Source: Pavona decussata (lineage: Eukaryota). Taken from it: 64,000 nucleotides of DNA. A program made the translations under genes and the position numbers. The notes under the pieces were generated by a model that saw nothing but the letters and a program-made list of their open reading frames with translations, made no database searches and was not told where the DNA came from. Where the stretch lies: assembly GCA_977016875.1 (NCBI GenBank), contig CDRNST010000011.1:1054001-1118000 (forward strand), in the 5' to 3' direction. Position 1 is the stretch's first letter, and each line of letters starts with the position of its first letter. Below, one piece after another: positions 47,214 to 60,695 of this stretch.

Positions 47214-48683
47214 CCGTAGTTATTCGGTTATAAGGCGCACGGTTTTTTCAAGAAAAATCTCTTTTTGGGTGGCAAGTTAGTGCTAAAATTGGGGTGCGTC
47301 TTATAGCCAAGTATTTTCACGTAACAAAATTTTAAGATCACAATTTGAGAAGAACTTACAGTTTAAAAAGCACAAGAAAAAGACACTTGTTGTTGGTCAT
47401 TGACTTTTATAGATTTGGCGGTTCTAAAAAGAACCCGGGTGGCTCTGAAAAGAGCCGTTGTGGTGGTTGTTGTTTTTCGTCTAGTCTCGGCTAGTCTTCC
47501 TGCTCGCTGTCCGTGTCGAACTCGTTCTCTAACTGGTTGTCTGCTTCATCAGCTCCAGCTCCTTCTTCTTCCCACACAGCTTCATCCTCGGTGCCGTCCA
47601 TAGCGTTTGAAATTCCACAAGACTTGAAGGAGTTGGCGACTAAATCGGCGGGTATCTCTTGCCAAGCCTTGTGTATCCACTGTAAAACAAGTTCTTTACT
47701 CGGCGCTCGCTTTTTCCCCGACGGAGTGTAAGTAAACGGACCGTTCACCATCCAAGCCTGATATTGAGAGCGCACCTTGTTCTTAAACGGCTTGTACATT
47801 TGTCAAGGGGCTGCAATACGGGTGTAAGTTCGCCAGGGATGACAGCGACGTCGACATTTCGCCTGGCCAGAAGATCTTTTACGGCCTCCGTCAAGGGACC
47901 ACGAAACGAATCCCAGACGAGTAGAGCTTTTGGTCTGCAGTGTAGCGAAGATTGCGTCTAATCCACTCCTTTATTCCTATGAATTAAAAAAAGAATACTG
48001 CCTTTAGAGACCTTTAGAATACTAAACGACTTCAAGAGAAAAGCAAACAAACGAAAATTTGCATACGTGCTTAACAGCACGTGCTAAGTAACATGATATC
48101 CATGTCAACAATACAGTTTCGAATTCCGAGAATCCTCTTTGTCGCTCGCTCGAAAAGTTCCTTCTCTGAATAAACAGTGTGGAGATAAAACATACCTTCT
48201 TCGTCCATCCAGCCTTTCTTGTGCACTGAAATTTGCATCCTTGGTGGCGTGTTGATATTCAGCTGCCGAACACCTTTGAATATGACTTTCGGTGGGAGTT
48301 TTTCGCCGTTCGCTTTCACTGTCAGAGCAACCGTGAAACTTTGCTTGTCGGCGCCGCATGACAACACTGGGACTTTTTCTGCTCCCGGTATTATCATTTA
48401 TTATCATTACAGGTGTGAACTTTTAGCTTTTGTTTTTACGTATATTATTAAATGTGTGACTTTTTCACTTTTGTTTACGTTAACAAAAAGACTTCCCATG
48501 CCAATTGTGTAAGGATAATTGTTCTCAGATTCATCAGATCCTTCTGTTAACTCTCAATCGTTTGGTGCGTCTTATAACCGAGTATTTTCATGTAATTTTC
48601 AGTCTGAGAACTTAGCTTGATTAAATTGCTAAGTTTGGGGTGCGTCTTATAACCGAGTGCGCCTTATAACCGAATAACTACGG
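47214..48683 (-). mobile_element. pogo/Tigger-type DNA transposon deletion derivative inserted in the LINE inter-ORF spacer
   Basis: Perfect 27-bp TIRs CCGTAGTTATTCGGTTATAAGGCGCAC with TA on both sides. DDE_1 motifs KLPPKVIFKG, KGWMDE, LVWDSFRG, IPG.LTPVLQPLD, SFKSCGISN. GT-AG intron at 48195-47977. Confidence 0.95.
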
Positions 48684-48894
48684 TAGGTGGAGTCTGTTCT
48701 GTCAAGTTTTCAGGTTTAGCTGCATCTGTGAGGCTTTTTTTTTTTCGTATCTTGTTTGTTTTTGATCTTTCAACGTCCCCTGTTCAATGTTTTTGGATTT
48801 GCATTTACAGTTACCACTTTGAATACTTCATTAGCACTTTTCTCTATTTTTCCTTCTTCTGCTGTCTCATTAGTAACACCATTGGGATTATAAA

Positions 48895-51800
48895 ATGACT
48901 GAAGCGCTTAAATTACTATCGCTAAATGTAAGGGGCATAAGTAACTTTAAAAAAGGAAGAACAATTTTTACTTGGTGCCGGAAACGCGCAGACATTTCTT
49001 TTCTGCAAGAAACCCATTCTACAGCAACAGCAGAAAATCAGTGGAAAAACGAATGGGGTGCAGAGCTCATTACTTGTCATGGCAGTTCAAATTCCTGTGG
49101 TGTTGCAATTCTAATTAAGAAAGATGTTGATTGTACTATACACCAAAAAATTTTTGACCCTTTGGGACGCTATATTGTTTTAAAAGCTGAAATCAAAGAC
49201 AAGATGTATGTGCTCATAAATGTATACGCGCCAAACAAGGATAAAGATATTGTTGCCTTCCTCAACAAACTACTTATTACAGCACAAAATGAGGATCTAG
49301 ATTGTGAATGTAACATCATTATTGGAGGCGATTTTAACTGCCCCCTAAATCCTGCTATTGATAAGAAAGGTGGCATTCTCATTGAACGAAAATCCGTGAC
49401 ATCCTGTATCGATTGCTTGAAAAGTGAACTTGATTTAGTAGATATTTGGAGAATTAAAAACCCAGATACTAAGAGCTTCACATGGAGTCAAAAATCTCCT
49501 CGAATCTTTTGTCGTCTTGACTATTGGTTAATTTCGAATAACTTAACCGATTCGGTACAACTGACGGATATAATTCCAACAATAAGAACGGATCATGATG
49601 CGATCTTTTTAGAGATTGGCGGAAATCTTGATCATGAGGGTAGAGGACCAGGTTACTGGAAGTTGAATTGCTCTTTACTAGACGATGAAGAATATATTAA
49701 CAGTACAACCGAAATGATTCCAGAGTGGATTGCAGAAGGACGGGAAGAACTTTCCGACGATCGGTGTGTGTGGGACTGGGTTAAATATAATATACGAGCT
49801 CATGCTATCCGTCACTCCAGTAGAAAGGCAAAGCAAAGAAAGGAAACGGGAACAAAACTCCAAAATGAACTAAACGTAACAAAGCAAGCTTTCGAAAGCA
49901 ACCCTAGTGATTCTAATGCTACTTTGTTTGATGTTGCTCAGAAAAAACTAGAATATTTTTATGAAGAAAAAACCAAAGGAATCATTGTACGCGCACGTGC
50001 TAGATGGCACCAATACGGCGAGAAGAGCACAAAGTACTTCTTAAATCTAGAGAAGAGAAATCACGTCAAGAAGCACATACGTAAATTGCATGTAAACGAC
50101 GAAATTCAAACAAATCCACTCTGCATACTAAATGAGGTAGAACAATTTTACTGCGACTTGTACAAGAGTAAAAACAATCGTCCGGATATTGAAATTGAAA
50201 TCGATTCCTTTTTAAATAATTTAAATATACCCAAACTCTCTGAAGAACAGAAAATCTCCTGTGAAGGTAGAATCACTTCAGAGGAATGTTTTCGTCTTCT
50301 TGATACCTTTCAAACTAACAAATCTCCAGGAAACGATGGAATTCCAATTGAATTGTATAAAAAATTCTGGCCTTTAATCAATGATTGCTTCATAAGGTGT
50401 GCAAATGAATGTTTTGAGAAAGGGCAGTTGTCCCATTCTCAAAAGCATGCGATTATCACGCTTATTGAGAAAAAAGGAAAAGATCGTTCTCTTATTGAAA
50501 ACTGGCGCCCCATTTCTCTTGTGAACGTTGATGCAAAAATATTGTCTAAGGTAATTGCATCGAGATTAAAAAATGTTTTGCCTTATATCATTCATCATAA
50601 TCAAACAGGGTATATTAAAGATCGTTTCATAGGTGAAACCATCCGTTCCATCTATGACATTATGGATTGGACTGCCAACGAAAACATTCCCGGCTTAATG
50701 ATCTTCATTGATTTCCAAAAGGCATTTGATAGCATTGAATGGGATTACCTTTTTAAATGTATTGAAGCCTTCAATTTTGGTTCTGATTTTCTTCGCTGGG
50801 TAAAACTGTTCTACAACAACGTACAAAGCTGTATTATGAACGACGGCATAACTTCAAAATCCTTTCAACTTGAGCGAGGTGTCAGACAGGGTGATCCTCT
50901 TTCTCCCTATCTTTTCATTGTAGCGGTGGAAACGTTAGCTATTGCCATTCGTCAAAATCCAGCTATAAAGGGTATTACCATTGGGAAAGAAGAGACAAAA
51001 TTGTTACAATACGCAGATGACACAACAGCAGTACTCGCTGACACCAACTCAGCCACAGTACTTTTTCAACTGCTGGATTTATTCAAAAATATTTCAGGAC
51101 TCAAGATCAATAGCACAAAAACCGAGGGTTTGTGGATTGGCTCTTCTAAAGAAAATAAAGCAAAACCGACCAAATGAGCCGATAAAAGCCCTGGGGGTGT
51201 ATTTCACGTATGATCCAAAATTACTGAAAGAAAAGAATTTTATTGAGCAATTAGATAGCATTAAAAAACTTATTAATATTTGGTCCTCAAGAGGTTTATC
51301 TGTCTATGGTAAGGTGACAATAATCAAATCCTTCCTTATTCCAAAGTTTGTTTATGTGTGCTTGGTACTGCCTACACCTAACGAATTAGTGAAACAATTG
51401 AATCAACTGTTATTTAAATTCCTTTGGAATGGCACGGATAAGGTAACACGCGTTTCGGTAATAAATGAATACGAGGAAGGTGGATTAAAAATGATCAATT
51501 TAGATTGCATGATAAAGTCCTTAAGGCTGGCATGGTTAAAGCGTATTTTTGAAGGCCAGAATGGAACGTGGAAAATCTACCTACAGCACTTGCTGGAACC
51601 GATGGGAGGTTTTTTCTTCTTAAATTGTAACTATGATATTAAGGATTACAAAATCTCCTCTAAGCTTTATTGTGAACTACTTTCTTGGTGGTCAGATTTT
51701 CGTGACTCGTTTGCCTCTCAGAGAGACTGGCAAAATATTATTTGGAATAATAAAGAAATTCGCATTGACAAAAGACCAGTTTTCTACAAAAATTATTTCG

Positions 51801-52604
51801 TGGCAGGATTGATCTTTACTCAAGATCTACTTTTCAGTTTAAATATAGAAGACTCTTTTTGCCACTGGTCGCATAAGATTTCCAAAACTAACTTTTTGCA
51901 ATGGGCTGGCCTTCGACATTCAATACCTTCTTCTTTAAAAATTACTTCTCCCTGTCCATCTACAGCCTCTCCATTATTTTCAATTGATGACAACATCTTT
52001 GATGTCACGAAAAAGAAATCAAAGGACTATTACTCATTACTTGCACGCAAAAAAGCACAGCCTCCTAATATCGTTCGTAAATTGCAGAATGATTTTACTT
52101 TCTCGTTTTGATCAGCTGAGAGAAATCTTCACTCTGCCACATTCTGTTGTGCTTGAATCATACGTAAAAGGTTTTCAGTTCAAAGTGATCAACTCTATTT
52201 TATACACAAATTCTAAATTATATAAAATAGGCTTCAAAACGGATGATCTGTGCTCGTTTTGCAAGGCAGAATCTGAAACCTTACACCACCTTTTGTATCA
52301 GTGTCCCTTTGTTAGACAGTTTTGGAATGATTTTCAAGATTACTGGCACCAACTCTCAAATCAGCAAATTCGTCTTACTCTTCAAGATGTTTTATTTGGA
52401 ATTATAACTAAACCATGCCCTTTACTTAACCTACTGAATTATTTTATAATAATTGGGAAACTGTTTCTATGGGACTGCAGAAGAACCCAGATTCGACCCA
52501 AAATCCAAAGATTTCAAAGTAAAATAGTCATAAAATATGAAACCGAAAGAAAGATCAATAACACAAAATTCTTTAAGAAAAAGTGGGTACTATCCCCAGT
52601 TTAA
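48895..52604 (+). pseudogene. L1/Tx1 ORF2 (endonuclease, RT, zinc finger) with two frameshifts
   Basis: SLNVRG, LQETHS, GGDFN, RLDYW, TDHD; NWRPISL, DFQKAFD, RQGDPLSP, QYADD; CSFC...HLLYQC. Frame breaks near 51165 and 52105. Confidence 0.95.
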
Positions 52605-53172
52605 TGTGAAGAATTACATTACACATAAACTTTTGTGTGGTATTTTCATTCATAAGTGCAACTGTAACCTATCGTAAGTCTCTTTTTTTACTTTACTTCG
52701 TTAGTAACAGCTTTTAATTTAATTTTAATATTGCAACTATTGTGTAACTATATATTGTAAGTGTCAGTAGAAGCATTTAATTTAATATTGTTTCTATTAT
52801 GATAGTATTAGTAGTAAATTTGAGTGGAATTGTAATTCATTGTAAGTCTAAAAAATAGTCATACCTTGTCAGTAGTAGCATTTAATTTAATATTGTAACT
52901 ATTATTATTATTATTATTATTATTACTTTTTTGTAATTTAGCTTAGTATCTTAAGTTGGTATGGTTAGTATTGTAAGTAGAGTTTAGGATTCTATAGTTA
53001 ATAAAAAAAAAAAAAAAAAAAAAAAGATCTGGGCATGTGATCCATCCACCAAACATTCCTTGCTTTCCATTACCCAACCAACTCAATACTGCTTTTACCA
53101 TTCAATGACCACCATTTTATGAAACTAACATGGAAATCATCCGATGAATTCCATATACTTTTCATTGCGTGG

Positions 53173-53323
53173 TGTCGTGTATTACATGAAATAGCAACCT
53201 AGGCCGAGATTATTATGGGATTAGAGTAATAAAGAGAGCACATGGTTGACTAGTGGTGTGTCCTTCTCTGGGCTAGTTTCACGGCTAGCATTCCTCTAAT
53301 TTATGTATTAAGAGGATACGACA
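53173..53323 (+). repeat. 5' LTR
   Basis: TGTCGTGT...ATACGACA, with internal AATAAA. Confidence 0.97.
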
Positions 53324-53324
53324 T

Positions 53325-53337
53325 TGGCGACGAGGAT
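53325..53337 (+). promoter_or_regulatory. Primer-binding site, tRNA-Ser type
   Basis: TGGCGACGAGGAT, 1 nt after the LTR, is complementary to the 3' end ATCCTCGTCG-CCA of tRNA-Ser(GCU). Confidence 0.85.
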
Positions 53338-53351
53338 AAGTACGGCACAAG

Positions 53352-56300
53352 ATGTTTTCGAGCGAAAATGGCGTTTCAAATTCGATTCCTAAGTTCGATT
53401 GTCACTCGGATCCAGCCACGTTGGGACCACGATGGAAGTGATGGTTAACTTCTTTTGAACTGTTCGCAGATGGCAAAGGTCTTATTATCACCGAGGGTAC
53501 AAATGCAGCCACGAAACAACGGAGAAGAGCTATGTTACTCCATTTCGCAGGCCCCGATGTACAAGAAATCTTCTCTACTCTCGCGGACACCGGCGAAGCA
53601 ACCGATTACGCAGCAGCTGTAACAGCGTTGAATGGGTATTTTCTTCCTAAAGTCAACTCTGCTTTCGCTCGCCAGAAATTTCATCGACTCCAACAAAAGG
53701 AAGGTGAGACTGTTTTGCAGTTTGTAACTCGATTAAGGAAAGAAGGAAAGGACTGCAATTTTGGTGCAGACTTTGACAACCAGTTAAGAGACGCTGTCCT
53801 GTGCAAATGTAGGTCAGACTATGTGAGACGTAAATTGCTTGAGGAAAGGGAAGAGCTAACCCTTGCCCGTACGTTAGCACTCGCAGAACAGTGTGAAAGT
53901 GTAGAGCACCAAATGTCTCAGCTCAGTATGAGTGAACCGAGTAAAGTAGATGCAAACAGGGTTTATGAGAAAGCTGGGAGACCCAAGAGTAAACAAAGGA
54001 GTAAAGGGAACAAGGGCAGAGAAATTCATTGCTATCGTTGTGGGTCAACTGGTCATCTGGGCGGAGATTCAAAATGCCCTGCTAGAGGCCAAACTTGTAG
54101 AAAATGTAAAGGGAAAGACCATTTTGCTAGTGTCTGCAAAACCAAAACAAAGAAACCAGGAGTTAACCAAATCCAAGAAGAACCACAAGCCAGTGGGGAG
54201 CAAGTTGATTATGCTTTCAGAGTTACGGATAGAGTCCAGTCAAACATGCTTAAGTTGTCTGTAGGTGGGGTAGAATTAGAGATGCTGGTGGACTCTGGAG
54301 CCACCAATAACATTGTTGATGAAGAAACTTGGGAGCAATTGAAAGCTAAAAGGATTAAGTGCAAGTCTGAAGCTGCCCCTGTTGACAGGAAACTATATGC
54401 TTATGCATCTAACAAGCCCCTCCCAGTAAAAGGTCGTTTTACCTGTGAAGTGGTGGTTGGCCAAGGGAAAGCTCAAGCTGAATTCTTAGTTATTAAAGGA
54501 AAGGGAGTACCACTCCTTGGCAAGGATACTGCAATGAAGCTGGGTGTGTTGAAAATAGGTGTCGACATCGCTACGGTTGTTGAAACCAAGCAGATACTGC
54601 AGCAAAAATTCCCAGAAGTGTTTGGTGGAATTGGAAAGCTGAAATCTAAACAAGTCACATTACACATAGATCCAGCAGTGAAACCAGTAGCCCAGCCGCT
54701 GAGGCGAATTCCCTTCAATTTGCAAGATAAGGTGGAGAGAAAGGTTCAAGAATTGTTAGACTGTGACATCATAGAAGAGGTCGATGGGCCAACGCCATGG
54801 GTGAACCCAGTAGTAATCATTCCGAAGGCGGACGGTGATATTCGTCTCTGCATTGATATGAGGAGAGCAAATGAAGCAATAATACGGGGTCGATACCCCA
54901 TACCAACCGTAGATGAGTTGCTGCACAACATGAATGGCTCCAAAGTTTTTAGCAAGTTAGATTTAAAGTGGGGATATCATCAGCTGGAACTTAGTCCCGA
55001 GTCATGCCAGATAACCACCTTTGTGACACACAAAGGCTTGTACAGGTATAAGCGCCTTTTGTTTGGTGTGAGTTCAGCAAGTGAGCAGTACCAACATGAG
55101 ATATCTACCGCCTTGGCTGGAATAGAGGGAGTCAACAATATCTCTGACGACATCATTGTACATGGCCCAGACCAGACAACTCATGACCAGCGCCTTCACA
55201 AAACTATGCAACGTCTCAGACAGCATGGTTTGACCCTCAATGTTGACAAATGCCTGTTCAACGTGGACAGATTGGTTTTTATGGGCATTCTCCTCTCTGA
55301 AAAAGGAATTGGCCCAACAGAGGAAAGAGTAAGAGCTCTGCAGGAGACAAGAGAGCCAACGACGGTCAGCGAAGTACGAAGCTTCCTGGGATTGGCTAAC
55401 TACAGCAGCAGATTTATTCCTCATTTTGCCACACTCTCAGAACCACTGAGGCAACTAACCAGGAAAGATGTCCCATTCCATTTTGGAGCTGAGCAAAAAG
55501 CTGCTTTTGAGTCATTGAAGCAAAGCATGGCTGAAGCAGGAACACTCGCATACTTCGACAAGAATGCACCAAGCAAAGTCATCGCAGACGCGAGTCCTGT
55601 TGGCCTTGGAGCCGTGTTAGTGCAAAGCCAGGATGGAGCATGGGTGCCCATTTGCTATGCAAGCCGCAGCCTCACAGAGTGTGAACGCAAATACTCCCAA
55701 ACTGAAAAGGAGGCCCTTGCTCTTGTTTGGGCATGCGAGAGATTCCATGCATACATCTATGGAATGAGGTTTGATCTGGTAACCGACCACAAACCGTTGG
55801 AAGTCATCTATGGTCCCCGTTCCAAACCTTCAGCCCGAATTGAACGATGGGTAATCCGTCTACAACCGTACAACTTCCGCATTGTGTATGCTCCAGGGCA
55901 AAGCAACATAGCTGACCCTCTCTCCCGTTTGCTAAGTCGGAACAAAGCAACGAGTTATGAACATGGAGCAGAAGAATATGTCCGATTTGCAGCCATCAGT
56001 GCTACACCCGCAGCCCTAACTACAAGAGAAGTTGAAGAAGCATCTGCAGTGGACGAAGAGTTGATAGCTCTGAGAGAAGCAGTTAAAACTGGTCGATTTG
56101 AGAAATGCAAGGCTTATTCACCAGCTGCAGGTGAACTGTGTGTGATCGGGCAACTAGTCCTAAGAGGTACCCGTATTGTACTGCCAAGCAAGCTAAGGTC
56201 TCAAGCAATTGCCTTAGCCCATGAGGGACATTTGGGAATCGTAGGAACAAAGCAAAACTTGAGAAGCAAAGTATGGTGGCCTTGTATGGATAAGGCAGCA

Positions 56301-57473
56301 GAGAAATTTTGCAAGTCTTGTTATGGATGTCAACTGGTGACACGTCCAGACCCACCGGAGCCATTGAGGTCTACGACATTACCAGAGGGACCTTGGCAAG
56401 ATCTGGCCATAGATCTTCTAGGACCACTCCCATCTGGACACTCGATACTAGTTGTTGTTGACTACTATAGCCGTTACTATGAGTATGCGATCATGACATC
56501 CACTACCACTGTGAAAGTAATCGACAACCTAGAAGAGATTTTCAGTCGCCACGGTCTTCCCACAACTATCAAGTCTGACAATGGACCACAGTTCCGCTCA
56601 GAAGAGTTTCGGGAGTACTGTAAGCAGAATGGAATTGTGCATCTCAAGACTACACCCAAATGGCCCCAGGCTAATGGAGAAGTTGAAAGGCAAAATTCCT
56701 CCTTAATGAAGAGAATTCGCATTGCTCAAGCTGAAAGGTTGGACTGGAAGAAGGAGTTAAGAAGATATGTGACCAAGTACCGAGGTATTGACCATGCAAC
56801 TACCGGCAAAAGCCCTGCCGAACTGTTGTTCAATCGGAAGATAAAGGGGAAGCTGCCAGAACTACATGCTGATTATCGTCCAGATTTGGAAATCCGTGAC
56901 AGGGATGCAGAGGTCAAAGCAAAGACCGAAGCGCATGCCGATAAGTTTATGAATGCGAGACCGTCTGATGTTCAAGTTGGTGACCAAGTACTTGTGAGGC
57001 AAGAGAAGAAGGATAAGTTCTCCACACCATTTAATCCATCACCATTCCAAGTTGTAAGCAAGACAGGCAACAGTGTCGTGGTAGAATCCCAGGGTGGGAC
57101 CCAGTACTCAAGAAATACTTCCCATGTAAAGAAGTTTGTGTCAGAGACCCCTATGTCTCCAAGCAAAGCACCATCTGCTGTTCCAGGCGAATCTGCAGTA
57201 GGAGACACATCCTCAGTACCTACCACAATACCAAGTCAAGCTACATATGAATTGACACCAGTGGCACCCGCCACACCATCAAGTATACCTTTGACCAGGA
57301 TTACACCATTAACACGAGCAAGTGTGAAGAATGAAAATGAGGCAGTTCCACTCCATAAGGATGTTGTAGTTGATCAAGCAACAGTGCCTAGTACCCCAGC
57401 AAGACCGAGTTATGAAAGACCTCAGAGACAGAGGACACTGCCACAGAAATACAAAGACTTTGTTATGGAATAG
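53352..57473 (+). CDS. Single-frame gag-pol polyprotein (2 CCHC knuckles, protease, RT, RNase H, integrase); TGA at codon 30
   Basis: CYRCG..GH...C and CRKCKGKDHF..VC; LVDSGA; ISDDIIV; ADAS...TDHKPL; HEGH...C..C; D, SDNG, E integrase triad. The ATG at 53352 is in frame with 53532 but is interrupted by TGA at 53439. Confidence 0.95.
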
Positions 57474-57677
57474 TGGACTAGTCACTTATGAGTTTACCAA
57501 GTCGTTAAAGCCAAAGACTAAGTATTTGTTAAGGACACTCATCGAGAGAAAAGATACTGTTTGAACTTACTAACCTTGTTAAGTCATTAGTTGCGTAAGA
57601 GTCTTCGTCTTTGAATTTCATTTAAATACGTTTTGCTTCTGATTAGGTTTAGAGGACTGTTACTCCTTGTTTCCTTT

Positions 57678-57691
57678 AAGAAAAGGAGGGA
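57678..57691 (+). promoter_or_regulatory. Polypurine tract
   Basis: AAGAAAAGGAGGGA immediately before the 3' LTR. Confidence 0.9.
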
Positions 57692-57842
57692 TGTCGTGTA
57701 TTACATGAAGTAGCAACCTAGGCCGAGATTATTATGGGATTAGAGTAATAAAGAGAGCACATGGTTGACTAGTGGTGTGTCCTTCTCTGGGCTAGTTTCA
57801 CGGCTAGCATTCCTCTAATTTATGTATTAAGAGGATACGACA
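57692..57842 (+). repeat. 3' LTR
   Basis: Identical to the 5' LTR except one A/G difference. Confidence 0.97.
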
Positions 57843-58775
57843 CGTGGCACCTCATAAACATAAAGTCACAATTCTCAGAAAAACAGGAAGTCTATTACGT
57901 CATACCACAGATACTTAAAGCATTGTCATACCCAATGAATCATCAAATTGCTGTTGTTTTCGAGTCATATTACAGTCATATGATCTTTCTCAACCAATCA
58001 AAGCGTCACAATTTTGCTTCGTGACTGAAATTTTTCTGTGAAACTTTCAGTGACACTCCAATTGATTTTGTGAAATTTGTTGTGTAGAGATGCCTTTATC
58101 ACTTAAACAACTGCATCAACGCTACGAAAGCGTTTGCAGCAGTATAAAGGATGCCAAAGAATATACAATGCAGCATTTGAAGCCCGACATTCAACTTGAT
58201 GTTCCTGCTTCTTACGGTGATCTTGACAGCGCAACCCTTAAGTAATTGGAAGCAGATATTGATGTCATGGAAGAGGTTCTCAGCCAATGTCATATTGCTG
58301 TCAAAATGAACATTCGCGGCGCTTACTGCAAGGCCAAATAATGAAATTTACAGAGAGGTAAACTCGAAAAGCTGATCAAAAACAGAGATTTAAGTTGTCA
58401 AGAGGAGCAGCTAGATTGGTGGAAGCAACACCATATTCTATATGACCAACAGGTCAACCTTCGATTTAACAACGATTTTGAACATTGCTTGTTGTATGAC
58501 ACTTTGAGCTTAAGGTTGAATGATATCTTCTACATTTCTAATTGATACCAATGTATGAGATCTTAAAGCATTATTCAGTTTTTGTTATGTAATAACTGTA
58601 AGCGTAGCTTGTTATACCATTTTTATGGATCGTCGAGGCAACATAATGACACTTTATTAATTGCATTTAGGAGTGACTTGGCAAAGTTAAAAAGAGTTGT
58701 GAACAACGTGACCAGCTGTGCAGGCCTTAGAGATTTGTTCGGTACATAAAAATAAAATCTCATCTAAAAATATAC

Positions 58776-59200
58776 ATGAATTGTAATTTAGAAATTCATG
58801 ATGAATTTAAGACTATGGAATATATTACATGCCCATTTTGCGACCTCTTGTAACTAATATAATTATAAAGGACCTTTAAAATAATCTTTTCCAAACTAAT
58901 GGATACCAATATGCGGCAAAGGGATAATAGGTTTAAAGCAAGGAACTAAATGGTTTAAAGAGATAACTCTTATATAATAGTATAGATGTTTTGTAATATG
59001 GAAATTCACTATGAAATCAAGACAATGGATTATATTACATGACCATTTTGCGAAATTAAAATACAAGATCATAAATTCAAATATGACTCATGTTATGAAA
59101 TTGTGAGACTTGAAGACAACAATGAGATGTGTGTTTGTGTTAATTGTGGTCGAGTTGATAGATATGATATAGCTGATGAGTATGTTGATTTTTATGAATA
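58776..59200 (+). pseudogene. Duplicated zinc-ribbon fragments resembling the VLTF3-like protein of Maverick/large DNA viruses
   Basis: MNCNLEIHDEFKTMEYITCPFCD (58776) and MFCNMEIHYEIKTMDYIT*PFCE...SC...VCVNCGRVDRYDIADEYVDFYE (58986). A third partial copy lies at 62220-62350. Confidence 0.45.
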
Positions 59201-59238
59201 CCATTTGGTAAATCAGATGAAACCCAAATTGGGCTGTT

Positions 59239-59615
59239 TAAGATCAAATTTTAGTAATTTACTAGCTTGCCCGGCAATTACATCTGCCAAGACCACTGGA
59301 GACAGAGCTTTTTCGATAGCTGCCCCATTTTTATGGAACTCTCTTCTGGAGACCCTAAGGGCTGTAAGTAGTGTAAATATTTTTAAGAAACAACTGAAAT
59401 CTTATCTTTTTAAACAAGCATACTATTAATTGCGTAAGCATTTTTAGACTATGTATCATATACATTTCTATCGCTTTTTAATTTATTGTTAAATATGATT
59501 TTGTTCCATTTTGTAGTTTTAACTATAATATCTTTTTAATAATTGTAAAGCGCATTAGATCATATAGATCTATTGAATTTTGCGCTATATAAGTATTAAA
59601 TTTATTTATTATTAT
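59239..59615 (+). mobile_element. 5'-truncated L2 LINE 3' end
   Basis: GDRAFSIAAPFLWNSL...FKKQLKSYLF (L2 ORF2 C-terminus), the tail TGTAAAGCGC...GCGCTATATAAG and a (TTA)n end. Inserted into a 63-bp repeat unit. Confidence 0.9.
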
Positions 59616-60695
59616 TGTTACCCCATATGACTTAATCGCCCGATACTGTCCGTATATATGATGAAACCCAAATTTGGCTGTTATCCCAAATGACTTAATG
59701 GCCGGATACCATTCAATATATCTGAGCTGATTTTCCAGAAGGTGGCTAAAGAAATTAAAATTTTGTTAACTTTTCTTAAGATATTAACTAATTTTTTTTA
59801 GCGTTTCCTGTTGAATTTCAGATCAGTAAGTAAACAGATTACAAGGATCATTAGAAGACGTCCGTAAAACAAAAATCTCCCCCCCCCCCCCTTGTGCCTG
59901 TTTATGGCACAGTCAGCCACATTCTCTCTCAAATGTCTATAAACCGTACAACGATTCGCTTTGAATTCCGCACACTCTGAGCTCAGAACAAATTCATTAG
60001 ACCTGCTTTTTGTTTGGCTTCCTGAAACAAAGTTTTCCTGAGGACAGCACTAAGTCTAATGAGGGAAGAAGTCTTACGAGTGCAGCGTCCTGCCTTGTCT
60101 AATATGCTCCCTAATGGGTTCTTTTTTGAGCTAAACGGGTAATTTTCAGTTACTCGCGTATGGACTAAGGGTTGCATATTGTGAGCTTTACTTGAGGAGG
60201 TGACAGTCTTTGGCCGTAGAAAGTAGGTCTTACGGATGATTCATAGTGCAGCAAGAAATTATCGAGAATTCTTATTCCCGCCAAAGATTTAGTTTCTTTT
60301 CTTGTTGAAAACCGCTCTATGTTATTTCCCGTTCAAATTTTTTTGTCAACATTCAGGACTTAAAGTGATATGGACAAAACACGGGCAAGAAATGGCAAGG
60401 ATTTTCTCTTCAAAAAGGGTGACTTTGAAAAGCTATTCAATTATTTTTCGCAGTTATAACTGTAGCGTTGTTAGGCTAGCGATCGATAAGTCAAGAAGTG
60501 CGATTTTGGGTTGGATTTCCAGTCTCGAGTGTCAAATGATTTCCGGATGTTCGTATGGCGTGATTTGCATTGCGTCATGAATCTAAAATGAAGACAGAAA
60601 ATCAATTTAAAACGCTGTCTTGCTCCAATTAAGCCGATTCTGTTGTAGAAAGCTAGACTTGAGCGCTAAAAGACCGGGTTTTGGGTGAGATTTAA

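Larger units (their letters stand above)
46104..53025 (+). mobile_element. Full-length L1/Tx1-clade LINE
   Basis: 14-bp TSD GATCTGGGCATGTG at 46090-46103 and 53026-53039; AATAAA at 53000 and A23 tail at 53003-53025; ORF1, spacer, ORF2. Confidence 0.95.
53173..57842 (+). mobile_element. Gypsy (Mag-like) LTR retrotransposon, complete and recent
   Basis: TG...CA LTRs at 53173-53323 and 57692-57842 (151 bp, 1 mismatch); 5-bp TSD CGTGG; PBS and PPT present. Confidence 0.97.

Noticed and set aside
53402-57226. Antisense and alternative-frame ORFs within the Gypsy element
   Set aside because: These are shadows of the long gag-pol frame with no motifs of their own.
58090-58510. Degenerate + strand frame (MPLSLKQLHQRY...)
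   Set aside because: It looks like decayed coding sequence but has several stops and no family I can name.
59103-59429. 108-aa ORF as a real gene
   Set aside because: It is a chance in-frame chimera of the zinc-ribbon fragment, a repeat unit and the L2 C-terminus.
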